This document shows positions 12,854 to 24,623 of a stretch of 64,000 nucleotides of DNA, piece after piece (the first letter of the stretch is position 1; each line of letters begins with the position of its first letter). The stretch covers positions 62,001 to 126,000 of the forward strand of contig KZ538101.1 of the NCBI GenBank assembly GCA_000934665.2, given 5' to 3'. The notes beneath the pieces were generated by a model that was given only the letters and a program-made list of their open reading frames with translations, searched no databases and was not told where the DNA came from. Source of the stretch: Catajapyx aquilonaris. Its lineage: Eukaryota. The position numbers and the translations under genes were made by a program.

Positions 12854-13017
12854 ACTCTAAGCCATGTCCTATCTAAATTTTTAAAGGCTCCCCTTTTCTC
12901 ATCTAGTGTTTAGATGAGACATTGTCACATCTTATTTATTCAGATAGGACATGATTATGTCATGTCTAACTAAATGAAAAAATATGCATCTCTTCAATTG
13001 GGGCAGGGTTTAGAGTC
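12854..13017. mobile_element. Degenerate MITE with CACTCTAA-like termini
   Basis: TACACTCTAAGCCATGTCC versus GGGCAGGGTTTAGAGTCTA (imperfect inverted repeat); internal inverted CATGTCCTATCT/AGATAGGACATG. Confidence 0.4.
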
Positions 13018-13019
13018 TA

Positions 13020-13280
13020 CTAGCAGGATATCCGGCTTTGCTCGGGTTATGAAATACTTTGAATGAATCGATGTAATGTATCGATGCTACATCCGGGGTT
13101 CCTGCTTTTCTGCCCTTTCGCCTCCTGCGGCCAAGGAGGACCTCGGAGGTCAAGTCCAATGTGCTAAAAACCTTCCCCGTTAAAAACTACCCCTAATGAT
13201 CACCCTGGGGCATACGTCGAGGTCTCCGTATTGATTTGCATCGGGAACAAGGGGACATACGTTGTTTAATATGTATAAGA
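13020..13280 (-). mobile_element. Non-autonomous Helitron (Lep1-like architecture)
   Basis: Minus strand reads A|TCTTATACATATT...CCCGAGCAAAGCCGGATATCCTGCTAG|T: 5'-TC, 3'-CTAG, a subterminal imperfect hairpin, insertion between A and T, and no TSD. Confidence 0.7.
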
Positions 13281-14711
13281 TAATAGCATAACTTCGGACA
13301 AATGCATTTCAAATTCTTGCCAATATGATAAGCATTTTTTTGGATTACAAATAGGCCTACTGTTTTGCGATATTACTCGTAGTAATGAGAAGTGGATATC
13401 CATACCTATACCCATACTCATTAAAATCACGACATAAGATGGTTAGCGTAATTGATAACAGAAGGCATCACAACTTCCTTACTCTGTATGGATCTTCCCC
13501 ATCTGCAGCTTCGTGCTTGGGCAAAGGTGGGGGGTATAAGGTCGGCTAAGGAGGGAGGGGAAGACAAGAAAGGAAACGTGGATGGCAGGCAGGGGCCCCG
13601 GAGGGAGGGGAACTAAGGTAAAGAGGGCAGGAGGTCAACTTCATCATGCTGTCACTCGGCGAAATTTTTTTGTACAAGATTCCGCTGCTAGGACTGTATG
13701 ACTAATAAGCATCTCCATATAATAGGCAAAAGCTGGAAGCAGAAAATGCATGGTGGGTTCAGCAAATGAGAGCAAGTTGGAAGGAATACTTTTCCTAGTT
13801 ATATCTGCACGTTATTGCTATGTAGCTTTCAAAAGTTCGTGTCGAAAAAATAGCCTCTTCATTCTAATGCAAAACCGGATTTCTTTGAAGTCGTGTCAAA
13901 TTACAGGTCTGCAATATATGAATTGGACGCAACTGCTAAATTAAAATCCTAGCGACGATACTAGTGTATAATGTTATTCAGAATATCAAGTCACACTTGG
14001 AGTTCAACCCATTGCATTGCATTGACCCGAAAGAGCGTTCCACCCCATTTTTACCACGTTCAGTACCTATATGTAGGCTACAGTATCCGCAGGGCGGAAT
14101 AAATGGATGGATGGACGGATGGATAGATGGATGCCATGATGTGAATGTGCGCTTGTGGCAACTTTCCTGTGTGCAGCGGCGTAGCCAGGAATTTGAAAAC
14201 TGGCAGCTATAGTCCAACCCAATTTCCCAGCGCTAACAAGGGTGCTTGATGCATAATGCGGTATTAAACCCCCTCAAGATTAGAAGGTATGACAGTGATC
14301 TTATTACGTACCGTACCCTCGAGCTGAAGTACCTGTTGAAAGAAAGAAAAAAAAAACGCTGAGTGCTGTTATTGCTTCCATATTGTCATGCTACCCACGC
14401 AGTCGTGTAATTAGAACACACCCTGTATATACATGTAAGAGAAGTATTGGAAAAGTCCGTGGATCTAAGATGATTAAAAGACTTGTGTCCGTTCGATCAA
14501 GTGTATTCTCGAGAAATGAGGGGTAGGGGAGAAGTTGGCACGTGCCTTAGTTAGAAGAGGTTGTGGGCGGCCAATGGCGCAGCGGGTAAGACTCACGGCT
14601 CCTAAGCTCAGTGGAGACACCGCACCACTCAAATCCCATGGAATCTACTTCTTTCACTCAGACAGGACATGATTTTTGGTTCTTCCACTGTTCGTGGTTA
14701 CAGGTAGAGTA

Positions 14712-14853
14712 CTATGGGGCTCATATTCTTTTGGCCACTTTATCCTGGTCTTGAAGCAACCCTTCACACAAACACACCTCCTCACCGTGGGGCCTGTGCG
14801 AAGGGTTGCTTCAAGACCAGGATAAAGTGGCCAAAAGAATTTGAGCCCCATAG
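14712..14853. mobile_element. Hairpin MITE family M1 (TA-flanked)
   Basis: TIR of about 55 bp, CTATGGGGCTCA...TTTTGGCCACTTTATCCTGGTCTTGAAGCAACCCTTC; TA on both sides; second copy at 62956. Confidence 0.9.
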
Positions 14854-17494
14854 TACTACATGTGTGCGGTTATTGGTTGCAATAAGAAATATATAATTAA
14901 TGTCATAAAAATTGCGTGTATCGTGTCCTGATATGAGCCCATACATACTGCATGTATGTTGTTATACACTACAATGTTGTGCTCAATTCCAGTGAGAATA
15001 TAGGGCTTCACTCTGTTAATTTCTCACAAGTAAGTCACCGTGGGTTTTTTGTTGTCGCTACCCACGCAGTAATATAGTTCCTTCTCTTGTTACTTGTGAC
15101 TTGGAGTGTAAATACGGCTTCAAATAATAAGGTTGACTGCCAATAAATGAACTTCCTGTAGCTTGGAGCTTGTCAACAACATTGTGAGAAATAGCCTATA
15201 TTTGAAGACCTGAAATGGCAGTTAGGACCAGATTGGGTTAGGAATTGTTTATTATAACTTTATAAGGGTCATCATCATCATCATTTACTTCACGGCATAA
15301 ATCTCGTACAGGGGTAGCCACCGGAGTCCAGGTTCCACCTGTCCACCTCGTATGACCGAACAAATGTAGCCTCTGGTGGATGGTCAGGCCACTCAAAGGG
15401 TTAATGAAGGGGATGAATATTATATCAATAACATGAATACTCCTACAATATAAGCAACAAGTGAGCAGCTGGACGACGGCCAAGGTTCCCTGCTGATAAT
15501 TATCAAAAGCCCATTTTTTGCAAGAGAAATTACAGCCTGTTATGAAAAATCGTTGAAAAAAATCATCCCATAAAGAACAATACAATCTTCAAACAGTCAT
15601 AATAAGGTATCTCTATCAGTCAAAAATGTCACTATGATCTTTGACCACAAAAACTTCGGTCAGGATGGTTAGAAGGGATTTTAATTCATTAGAGAACTGT
15701 GCTACAAAAGCGGGACTATAAAATACTACAGGGTCAAGTTCCTTATTCGCCTGATTACACCTAAAACCGTTATTTACCAGCGTGCTCTTTCTTTTTGCGT
15801 CACTCCTCTTTGCAGACACTAATTGTCTCCCTTGTAACGACTATAATGGCAGTTTGGCACTAGATAGACTTACAAGACATTAATTTTTAGAAGTGTACAT
15901 AATATGACTAAAATGCTGTTAAGTGGGATAAAGTCGTGACTTTTTGACCTTGATAAAGTACACAGGTTATGAAAGAATGTCGCTATGTATACATTCACAG
16001 GGAGTATGCTCTATTATATTGAATTACTACAGGCTACTGTAGGGAAAAGAATGTTCACAATAATAATACTGTAGTATAATTATTATATGCAGCAAAGAAA
16101 GTTTAAACATTGCTTGCTTTATCACATTTTTACCGCAAGCTTGAAGGGCCATGCTGAAATATTTGTCATTACGCCGAAAATAGATGCTGTGTGCTATTAT
16201 ATTTTTTCACTTTTATAAGTTAGTCCTACATTATATTAGGACTGTAATATGGCCGAGTTTCATTCGCATATGCCGGCAGCTATTTGCTCTTCAATTTATT
16301 AGTGTGTTATGAATGACAGCCTCGAGAAACAGCTCAATGATGCCTACTGTTCATCGAGAAAAGCTGTAACAATGTAATTATATATGGATATCTAGGATAG
16401 GAATAAGTTATAATGGGCAAATAAATTAATGTTGATGGTTATGGTAGAAAAGGCATGCACAATAAAATATTAACAGCTTATAACGATATAAATGTGCTGT
16501 TTATTAAAGTCTTCGTTTCGATCGCATCCAGGTTTCTTTACAGCAAACCAATATACCAAGTAACTGCTAAAAAGATTTGAAATATTGATAACCAAAACCG
16601 ATAAGTTAATTCAATTCGAAAAAATGGCATAATTAGCATTCATTACAGTGACCCGGACTTGTAGACATTCACAACATCATGCTCTAACGGTATTCACGTT
16701 GAATATACGGTAGTTCAGACTACAAGCTTATACACCTCGCACTCAATAATATTACATAAGTTACTGTACTTTTAGAGTCGCCAGAAGTGGAACAATGCGC
16801 ACTTCTATTAGTAAAGCTTGTAATAACCTAAGACCTTTTGGGAACAGGGATATTTTTTCCCTGCAGACTGAAATAGATCAAAATAGGCTCGCGTTCGTTT
16901 TTATGAGGAAAAACACGGTTCAGTGCTCGCCAATAAAGACATCACTAACAAGGGCTCAACAAGTGAGAAAACTCCAGGACAATTCCTGGAGTCATGCCCA
17001 ATAATGATTATTGTCCTTATAGAGTATACTATAGTATCCCTTGTCTCATGTAATTAATTAAGGCACAGAAGCTATTTTTGTTTTTCTCATATATAATATT
17101 ATATAGAAACTCATGTTCTGTAGAACAAATAGTCGCAGAAGTGGTCACGTATAATAATTGGATATCTCTCATCAATATAGGGTGGATTCTCATGAGTGGA
17201 GGTTCTGGCAGCTATCCAAAAGGACTATTGCTTTGCCTAATATAAACCACTATTTTTTCTATATAAATCATAATTATAAAGGACGTGATGATTGCTAGTC
17301 GTCATGAATAATCAAATGCCTTGCTATCAATGGGTGAATAGGGAAGGCAATGCCTTTTCGCGAACCAGTTTTTTTTTTCTTTTCAAAATTCGCAAATGTC
17401 TGTGTAAGGTAGCAGAAAACGCAGATCTCTTACATTCCAAGTCCCAATGCTATATGGGTCAATACAATCATGTCGTCTATATTTGAGCACATTT

Positions 17495-17733
17495 GAGGGG
17501 TGTGGGGGAAAACATGATAACTGACATTTTTGTCATTTTTTACCTAGCAACTATGTATAAGACATGACAAACAGTTTGGTATACTCCAAGTTCATGTATC
17601 ATGCATGAGACGGCCACACGGACTTGATCAAAACCAGCATTCCCTATGATTTGTTATGCAAATTCAAACTTCAATTCGCTCTCCTGAAAAATTACTCTTT
17701 TGTCACTTATCATGTTTTTCCCCCACAGCCCTC
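17495..17733. mobile_element. Sola2-like MITE
   Basis: TIR GAGGGGTGTGGGGGAAAACATGATAA / TTATCATGTTTTTCCCCCACAGCCCTC; 4-bp TSD ATTT (AWWT type, as known for Sola); diverged inverted copy at 54546. Confidence 0.8.
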
Positions 17734-17923
17734 ATTTCTGGACCTGTAGTTTGCCCTGGATTCTGAGCGGGAAGTAATCAGTAATAATTTCTGGGCCCAT
17801 GTTACATAGCATCAATAATTTAAATCACCATCGTTCTTAGCCATTTTATTCCCTCGAGTCTTAAATTAGACCTACTGTTCACCATAATTCATTCTAAATG
17901 ACCGATTCTGTTATATTCAACGC

Positions 17924-18220
17924 TTTTAGACTTTTTCGAGAGAAAAAAGTTTTATAGCTAACTTATTTTATAAGACTTTTTCGATTTTCGGGTTCCGGGT
18001 TCACTCTATCCGCCCCTTCCTCCTGGCTGCTCCCTCCCCCCACCACTCCCTCCCCCTGACCTCCCAGTCCCCCCACTGCCCCCTCCCACAGATCACCCTT
18101 TCCCCCCTCGTTCCTCCTACCCCATGATACCTGCTACCTGTCCACAGACGGACGGACGCCGGACGGACGGACAGAGCCGTGCTATAAGACTTTTTTCGAT
18201 GGATGAAAAACTGTCTAAAA
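17924..18220. mobile_element. HINE/DINE-1-like (Helentron-associated) non-autonomous element
   Basis: Terminal inverted segments TTTTAGACTTTTTCG..GAAAAAAGTTTTATAGC / GCTATAAGACTTTTTTCG..GAAAAACTGTCTAAAA, each a stem-loop; internal (GACG)n microsatellite at about 18147-18171 and a C-rich core. Confidence 0.65.
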
Positions 18221-18469
18221 GATGGGTTTGCGAATATATATATTTTTTTAAAAAGGGGAAAGGTGCGGTCTGGAGGTAGGAGGAGGTAGGGGGATATTCA
18301 GTCGCAGTACTGTGGCGGACGTTGGGGACAATAGCAGTAAACATGAAAAAATCTACTCTAATCACGCTCACAAGATTTGCCAATCTTGTTTTACATGTAG
18401 GCCTACTTCTAAATATGGCGTGTTGGGTCGAGCCTAAATGTGAGCTGCAAGACAGAAAGGTCAGGGAAA

Positions 18470-18720
18470 GATGGTTCAGAGTAAATGACACGAAAAATTG
18501 GGTAGACTACAAGCACCTAAAACAGAAGACGTGGAAGGAGACTACCTTAAAATGGGTAATGTGAAATTCCTCAAGATGCTTGCAACGTTGAGATGCGGGA
18601 CGCGTTTGGTCCTGGTTAAGTGAAAAGGGAAGGAAATGTTATTTGTGTGGGGAAGAAGAGGAGAGAATGATGCATGTTATGAGGGATTACAGGGTAATGG
18701 CAAGAGAGAGGTTATTGGTA
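18470..18720 (+). pseudogene. Decayed 3' end of a non-LTR retrotransposon ORF2 (C-terminal CCHC region)
   Basis: Frameshifted translation MLATLRCG / WLSEKGRKCYLCGEEEERMMHVMRDY fits the LINE C-terminal xARxRxG...CxxCG-EE-HxxxC pattern. Confidence 0.6.
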
Positions 18721-18927
18721 CAAAGGTTGAAAGATAAGGAGGTTGATGAACTTTATAGGCCTACGTAGATATAGTGTGAGGAGAAGGAAAAAAAAGTTTG
18801 TACAAATATCTGCATTCCCTGAAATAGGAAATTAAGGAGGGAGGGAAATAGAAATGCAGAGGTTGTTGTTCTGATTATTTTTATTGTTTAGTGTTAAATG
18901 TTTAATGATATCATGGATGTCTCAGAA

Positions 18928-19281
18928 ATGATATCAGTATAGTAGCCTATGGATTTCCTTTGTCCGGGCACAGTTCGGATATACTAGACATTGTTTCGGG
19001 TACAGTAGGCTAGAGGCCCACACCAGATGATTTAACGACTTTTACGTCAATTTAACGACTATTTTAACGTTAATTTAACGTCAAGATGTAACGAAAATTA
19101 TATCATTGAGACGTTGAAAAGTCATGAAATTAACGTAAAAGTCGTTAAAATAACGACAGGGATTATCTGGCGTGGGCCTCTAGCCTACTGTGCCCGAAAC
19201 AAGGTCTACTATATCCGAACTGTGCACGGACAAAGGAACATTTTGTGCCCGGACAAAGGAAATCTATACTACTGATATCAT
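18928..19281. mobile_element. Foldback-type MITE with long inverted arms
   Basis: Inverted arms of about 100 bp (GATATCAGTA...GGATTTCCTTTGTCCGGGCACA...CAGTAGGCTAGAGGCCCAC) enclosing a core of TTTAACG repeats that is itself inverted. Confidence 0.85.
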
Positions 19282-19554
19282 AGACATATCATCAGAGTTT
19301 TTGTCGCACTTGGTGTTCCTCCCGAGGTCTATAATATTAATGCAAAATTCTGTCACATGAAAACAAGCCAGTCAGCCATAAATAGAGAAAAAAAATTCTA
19401 ACACTTCGCTAAGGTCTCACCTACGGAATGACCAATTTGGTTGATCTCAGAGTGACAGTGTGGCCAGTATAAATTTTAACAGGGACCCTTTCACCCGACC
19501 ATTTTGGGTCCAACAGCCACGTAAAGGAGGGACACAGCGCCGAAATGGAATGCA

Positions 19555-19850
19555 GAGGCTGATCCTTCCCTCCATGAACCATTTCCTCCACCACTTGATG
19601 GCCATCAGTGACACACGATACTGCCCGTATGCCACCTGCAGCCTACTGTGTATTTTGCGCACCCCCAATTCCCTTTTGAGTGCCAAGAACCGGATCACCG
19701 TTCGTTCTGGTTCCATGTATAATGGGCTCAATTCTGCTCTGGAAAGGGGACGAGGGTTAAGATTGGCTCTATACTAATGCAGGGTTGGCTCCGATGTCCA
19801 TCAAACTGTTTTAGACATGCAGAGCAGACCTAATATTAATCACCGGGGTA
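19555..19850 (-). pseudogene. Mariner-family transposase remnant (N-terminal HTH) with probable 5' end of the element
   Basis: Translation RTVIRFLALKRELGVRKIHSRLQVAYGQYRVSLMAIKWWRKWFMEGRISL fits the Mos1-like N-terminal HTH pattern (RxVIxFL...IHxxL..xYG...S...W.xxF.xGR.SL). Confidence 0.75.
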
Positions 19851-22800
19851 CATGAGCCTTCACGTTATCACAAAGCCTCTTCCCATATTATTTGATAGGT
19901 GTTTAGTGGGTGTTTAACATATTTTCTTTTGTGGATATGACCATTGAACTCTGCCACAAATTCCAACTTTTATTTCAATCTTTCGAATTATGCAAAATGG
20001 ATGACTGTGTTCTATGGAGCTTAAGTATTATTAAAAATTGCGAATTAAACTATGTTCAGCCGGAGTTAACATTACTGCAAAACATTAGAATTGTACAAGT
20101 GCAAGTGGCATTATTATGAGAATATAAAACAAACCCACATGAGTAGGCTATCCTTACTATGGTAATTCAGTGTTTTCCAACCAATCCATTTGGCAAACAG
20201 TGACTACAACGGGATGCAAGAGCATGCAGGATTTCCGATTAAATAGATTGCAATCGGATGATCCCCCCCCCCACCTCCCCCCGCACTCCTACCCTCCCTC
20301 TCTCCCCTCGGTCCACGATGAGCTGGACTCGGGCCACTCGCTGTTCTAACCCACACATTTGGCAATAGAATCACATGAGAGCGTAATAACACCGACACCA
20401 GTCCAATTTCACTGAATTGCACAAATATTAGCAATTATGCACCCTTTTCCTGGAATGCGGTTCACAATAATGGTCTTTATTTCTATTCAAGTAGGTGACA
20501 GCACATTATAACATTTTCATCAGAATAAGCTCATTATATGGCTTAGGCGAGTGTTGGGTTGGAAAGGATGGCTGCGCACACTAGTATTTGTTTAGGAGCA
20601 CTTATGCAAATGTATTCATCTCCAACCCTTTCGGTTACGTTATATTGCGACATGGCGCTTGTGTAATTTAACAAGCTTTAAACATTGTGCACTGACATAG
20701 CAAATCAAAGTTACTTTTAACAGGTAGAGCAATTCATGCCATTTTTGTAAAATAACAATCATTATTTGCTCCGTGGCACTGCTCTCCCATGTATTAACAG
20801 GATAAAGTATTTTCTAATCAAAGTAAGTGATATAAACTGCTATAAATACTTAATCAAGTGAGATAGGTCATTTGTTAGTGTGTCGTTGGGAGCTCTTGAA
20901 GTGAAGGGGAAAAAAATCACGTTTTGTGGGAGTAACTTTGGTTAGTAAGTTAGGAGCCTCCATAATTTACGTCACTGTTTCCTTAACGATTTTTACTCCC
21001 CCCCCCCTCTCCCCCTCCTGTCACACTTGGTTGACCTCTCTGCGTATATACTACAGGGTGTTCCAATTGAAATGGCCTTAGTGGCTAGCAATCTTTGGAG
21101 GTAAACTGCTTATTTTTAAGCAGTAACTTTGAGGGGTTAGAAAAATATTATCTGATTATGGAAACATATCTGAGGCCCGGTTTTACGGCCTGAGGTAGAG
21201 TTTTCTAGTCCGAAGAAAAATAGGAAATGAAACAAAATGTGAGGTACGTGTATATCTCTGGTTTTTGTTTCCATGTTCACAAAGGTAGTTTCCGCTCAAA
21301 AGGCATATATTACACGTGTAAAGGTATAGATTATTAGGCTATACCTGGCAAAGCCACCTAAAAATGCAATGGCTGCCAATCGATCGCTTCCCCGCTAATT
21401 GGTTTTAAAATTCGCAATTTTTGGCCTGCAGGACCGTATACGCTCTTCCCATGTCCTGCGAGCAGGAGAACGATGACCCCCAAGACTCAAAAGTGGATTT
21501 TAAACATTTATTTAACTATTTTTTGACGATAATATGTGCAACAGTACTGCTCGGCGGCCAAATTTTACGGACTTCGCTGCCCTTGTATAGTCTCCTGCAT
21601 GGCGGCATGATCAGGACAATGGGAGAATATGATATGACTTTCGTGCCCTATAGTTTGTCAACTACATATGTATAGCGGCGTAACCAGGGACAACGTTATG
21701 TCTCAGCCCAGCCAGTTCCAGAATGCAAGTTGCCTAATAAAACCAAATTTGAAAAGTATATTAATAACTCCCGATTATTTATAACCTTGTAAATTTTCAA
21801 CAAGCCTGAAACGCCAAAAAATGTCAAATATTTTCTAGGCCTGAGAAACTTAATCTGACTCACAATACATCATATGACACTGGTCATTACAATAATTGCC
21901 TAGGGGTGTATGCTATTTGCCCATTAAGCCACAGTTGTATTATGTACAGAAATATTGTCGCTCAATTGCACAAAAATAAGCTAGACCTTTTAAGCATGGC
22001 GTAATTGGCGCAAGGGATCAATGACCATTCCATTTACACCAATTACACCAAAATGAAAATACAAATGCTGCTTATATTTCATCGGCGGCACAAGCAGGGC
22101 AAAGGCCCCCCTCTCTCCCCCTCCCAACATTCTCCTGCATACAGGATCCACCCCCCCCCCCCACCCAAATACCTAAGCACGACCATAGTTTACATGCACC
22201 ACTCTGTGAATATCCATGCAGCAAAAATGCTTTGAACAAACGTCAATAATTGTCACGAATTGATTGCACCAGTATGACCTTAGAGTGATCAGACCACAAA
22301 ACGCTTATTCCAAAGGGGACTGCTCCAATGAGGCCGCCTCCGGGCTCCATTAGCTGTGAAATTCGAATCAACCCCCCACCTGGCCACCCATCCCTCCCAC
22401 CTCAAAAAAAAAGTGAATTCGCATCGAATAACATCCCATTTCAGTTTTGACAGGTCCGCATTGAGCGTAAAGCTATTCACAAAACGTTGGACCTGGTATG
22501 GGGGGAATAGTGGGTGGTGTGGATATTGTGTGTCGCGCTTTTGTCTGCCACCCTGATCGGGATGACACCTGAAACTGATAAGCCCATGCTATGTGCTCCA
22601 CGGCCGGGATGCCTGCCACTCTATGGCCAGCCTCCCACCCTACCCAACTCCCATCCCCCCTCCTGTACTTGTCCAAGTGATTTAAAGGTCGACAGAGGTG
22701 ATATCTCAGAGCTGCAACTACCCCCACTGGAGCTCTCTTCCTGATAGGAAAGCCCCCGCTCCGGCCAAATAAGATGCAGGCTGTTCAGACCAGGAGGGGG

Positions 22801-24531
22801 GCAGGCGGGGGAGGGTTTGGAAACGGGGAAGGGTTTTAAAAAATGCGTGGGCCAAAAGCAGCGCCCCGCTCGTGGGGGCTGTTTGGAGAATCAACAGGCT
22901 TAGGGGCCGGGCAGGTTGTGGGGACACATGTTCTCTTCTCAGATTTGAAACCAGGCGGTGGCGGGGTTGCGTAGAGGTGGCGCGGGTAGAGGCGGCAAGG
23001 CTCCAGCTTAGGGACGGGGGGTGGATGGATGGCCCGGCGCAGCGGCGCGCAGACCATAAAGCGGGCTTTGCGGAAGATCTCGACCGCCACCGCAGCCAAA
23101 AGAGGTGAGAACTGCACAAGGAAAGTGATGAATGGCATGGCCAACAGCCAAATCCCGACCCTGATCTATACTCACCCTACTAACACACACGCCCCTTCTG
23201 GTCCCTATGTTTAGGGACTGATACCACAACTCACCCCATCCCTGGGATCATTTATCGAACCGACTTTTACGTACTGAAGAATATATTGGATACCTGACAG
23301 GAAAGGCAGGTGCTAGTGAAGCATGGATATGTAATTATGTTGGCGTGTGGTTTGGATTTTGCCGCGTGTTGCGCTCATTTTCATTCGGGTGTCATCGAGG
23401 AAGAGGGCTTACCATTGGTTACGAACGGACTCAGATCATAATGAAGGCACAACGCAAACCAACTGCTGCAACGTTATGACAGTGCGGTTTGTATCTATCA
23501 GGAGATAGAAACATAGATACACGGTACAGCTAGTGCCTAATATGCGTTGGCGATCAAAATAATTGCGAAAAAAAAATGTTGACGTTAGGATGAGGTCACG
23601 TTAGGCACGATGACAATGGCTGCGATTGCCATCGACATATTGGCAGCCACTGCCCTCGTACTCGTGTTTTCCGGCCATCCCCAGCGTTGGAGGCATTTTG
23701 AGAGGAAATGCCTTTATAACATTTTGAACAAAAGAGCTGCCAACTCGGAGAGCAGTAGCGGGCGAAGGGTCACCTTCCGGAATTTGTTGACTAGTTACGT
23801 CATTTGGTTGACGGCTATAAATTTATGCTGTTGTAATCGCAAAATAATGATCTCCACAGCTTTCAAAGTAGAGCGCCCCCCAATATTAGTGTTTATCTAG
23901 AGCTATTCATTCGTTATGTCCACGATGTAGATGACCCCATAGCCCCATGTGTACGTGCTAGAAATTAGGAAAAGGTAGACAAAAAAAAATTGCTAAATGC
24001 GCTGAATTGGTTCACACTGCTCATGAGCCTCCCCTAGGGGCTCTTGAAGTTCAACACAATCCATTATGGCCTTGTGAGAGGAGGGGAAAGAGGTGCTCAT
24101 TTTCAACAATCATTCTAGCTCTAACTGCCCTTTCCCTGCCCTGCCACCCGTGAGGGTCACCAGCATTGTTCCTGCACAGTACAATGTGCCTAAGCCAGTA
24201 ATGCCTACCATACACGGTGTACTGTACATACACATACTGGGCTGTGGAACAAGTACCTATAGGTTAGGTATCAATTCGGTTAGCAAAATAGGCACTGGTT
24301 GCTATGTGCTTTGTGCGGCCTGCTTTGAAACGCGACACCGCCACCTCTTATGGCAGAATGGCGGACGTATCGGGTCTCAGGCAAGAGTAAGTTTTTGTTA
24401 CACAGAAAATTGCAAGCACGCCAGCATGTAATAATATGCACATGTGCCAAAGTTCTAATTAAACATATTATAGGTAAATGCCAGATAAATAGGAGACATA
24501 AGGAGTGCATTGTTATTTATAAAGAGAACAA

Positions 24532-24623
24532 TTTGTATTAGAATTAATTCTAATACAAAATAATACAACATTTTTCAGTACGGACAATATCTAATTAGAT
24601 ATTGTCCTTACTGAAAAATGTTG
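24532..24623. repeat. Two adjacent palindromes (28 bp perfect; 58 bp with one mismatch)
   Basis: TTTGTATTAGAATT|AATTCTAATACAAA (24532-24559) and CAACATTTTTCAGTACGGACAATATCTAA|TTAGATATTGTCCTTACTGAAAAATGTTG (24566-24623). Confidence 0.9.

Noticed and set aside
21053..21090. Solo Tc1-like ends TACAGGGTG (also about 6090, 14420, 40045, 59649)
   Set aside because: Probably MITE relics, but I could not pair the termini or define boundaries.
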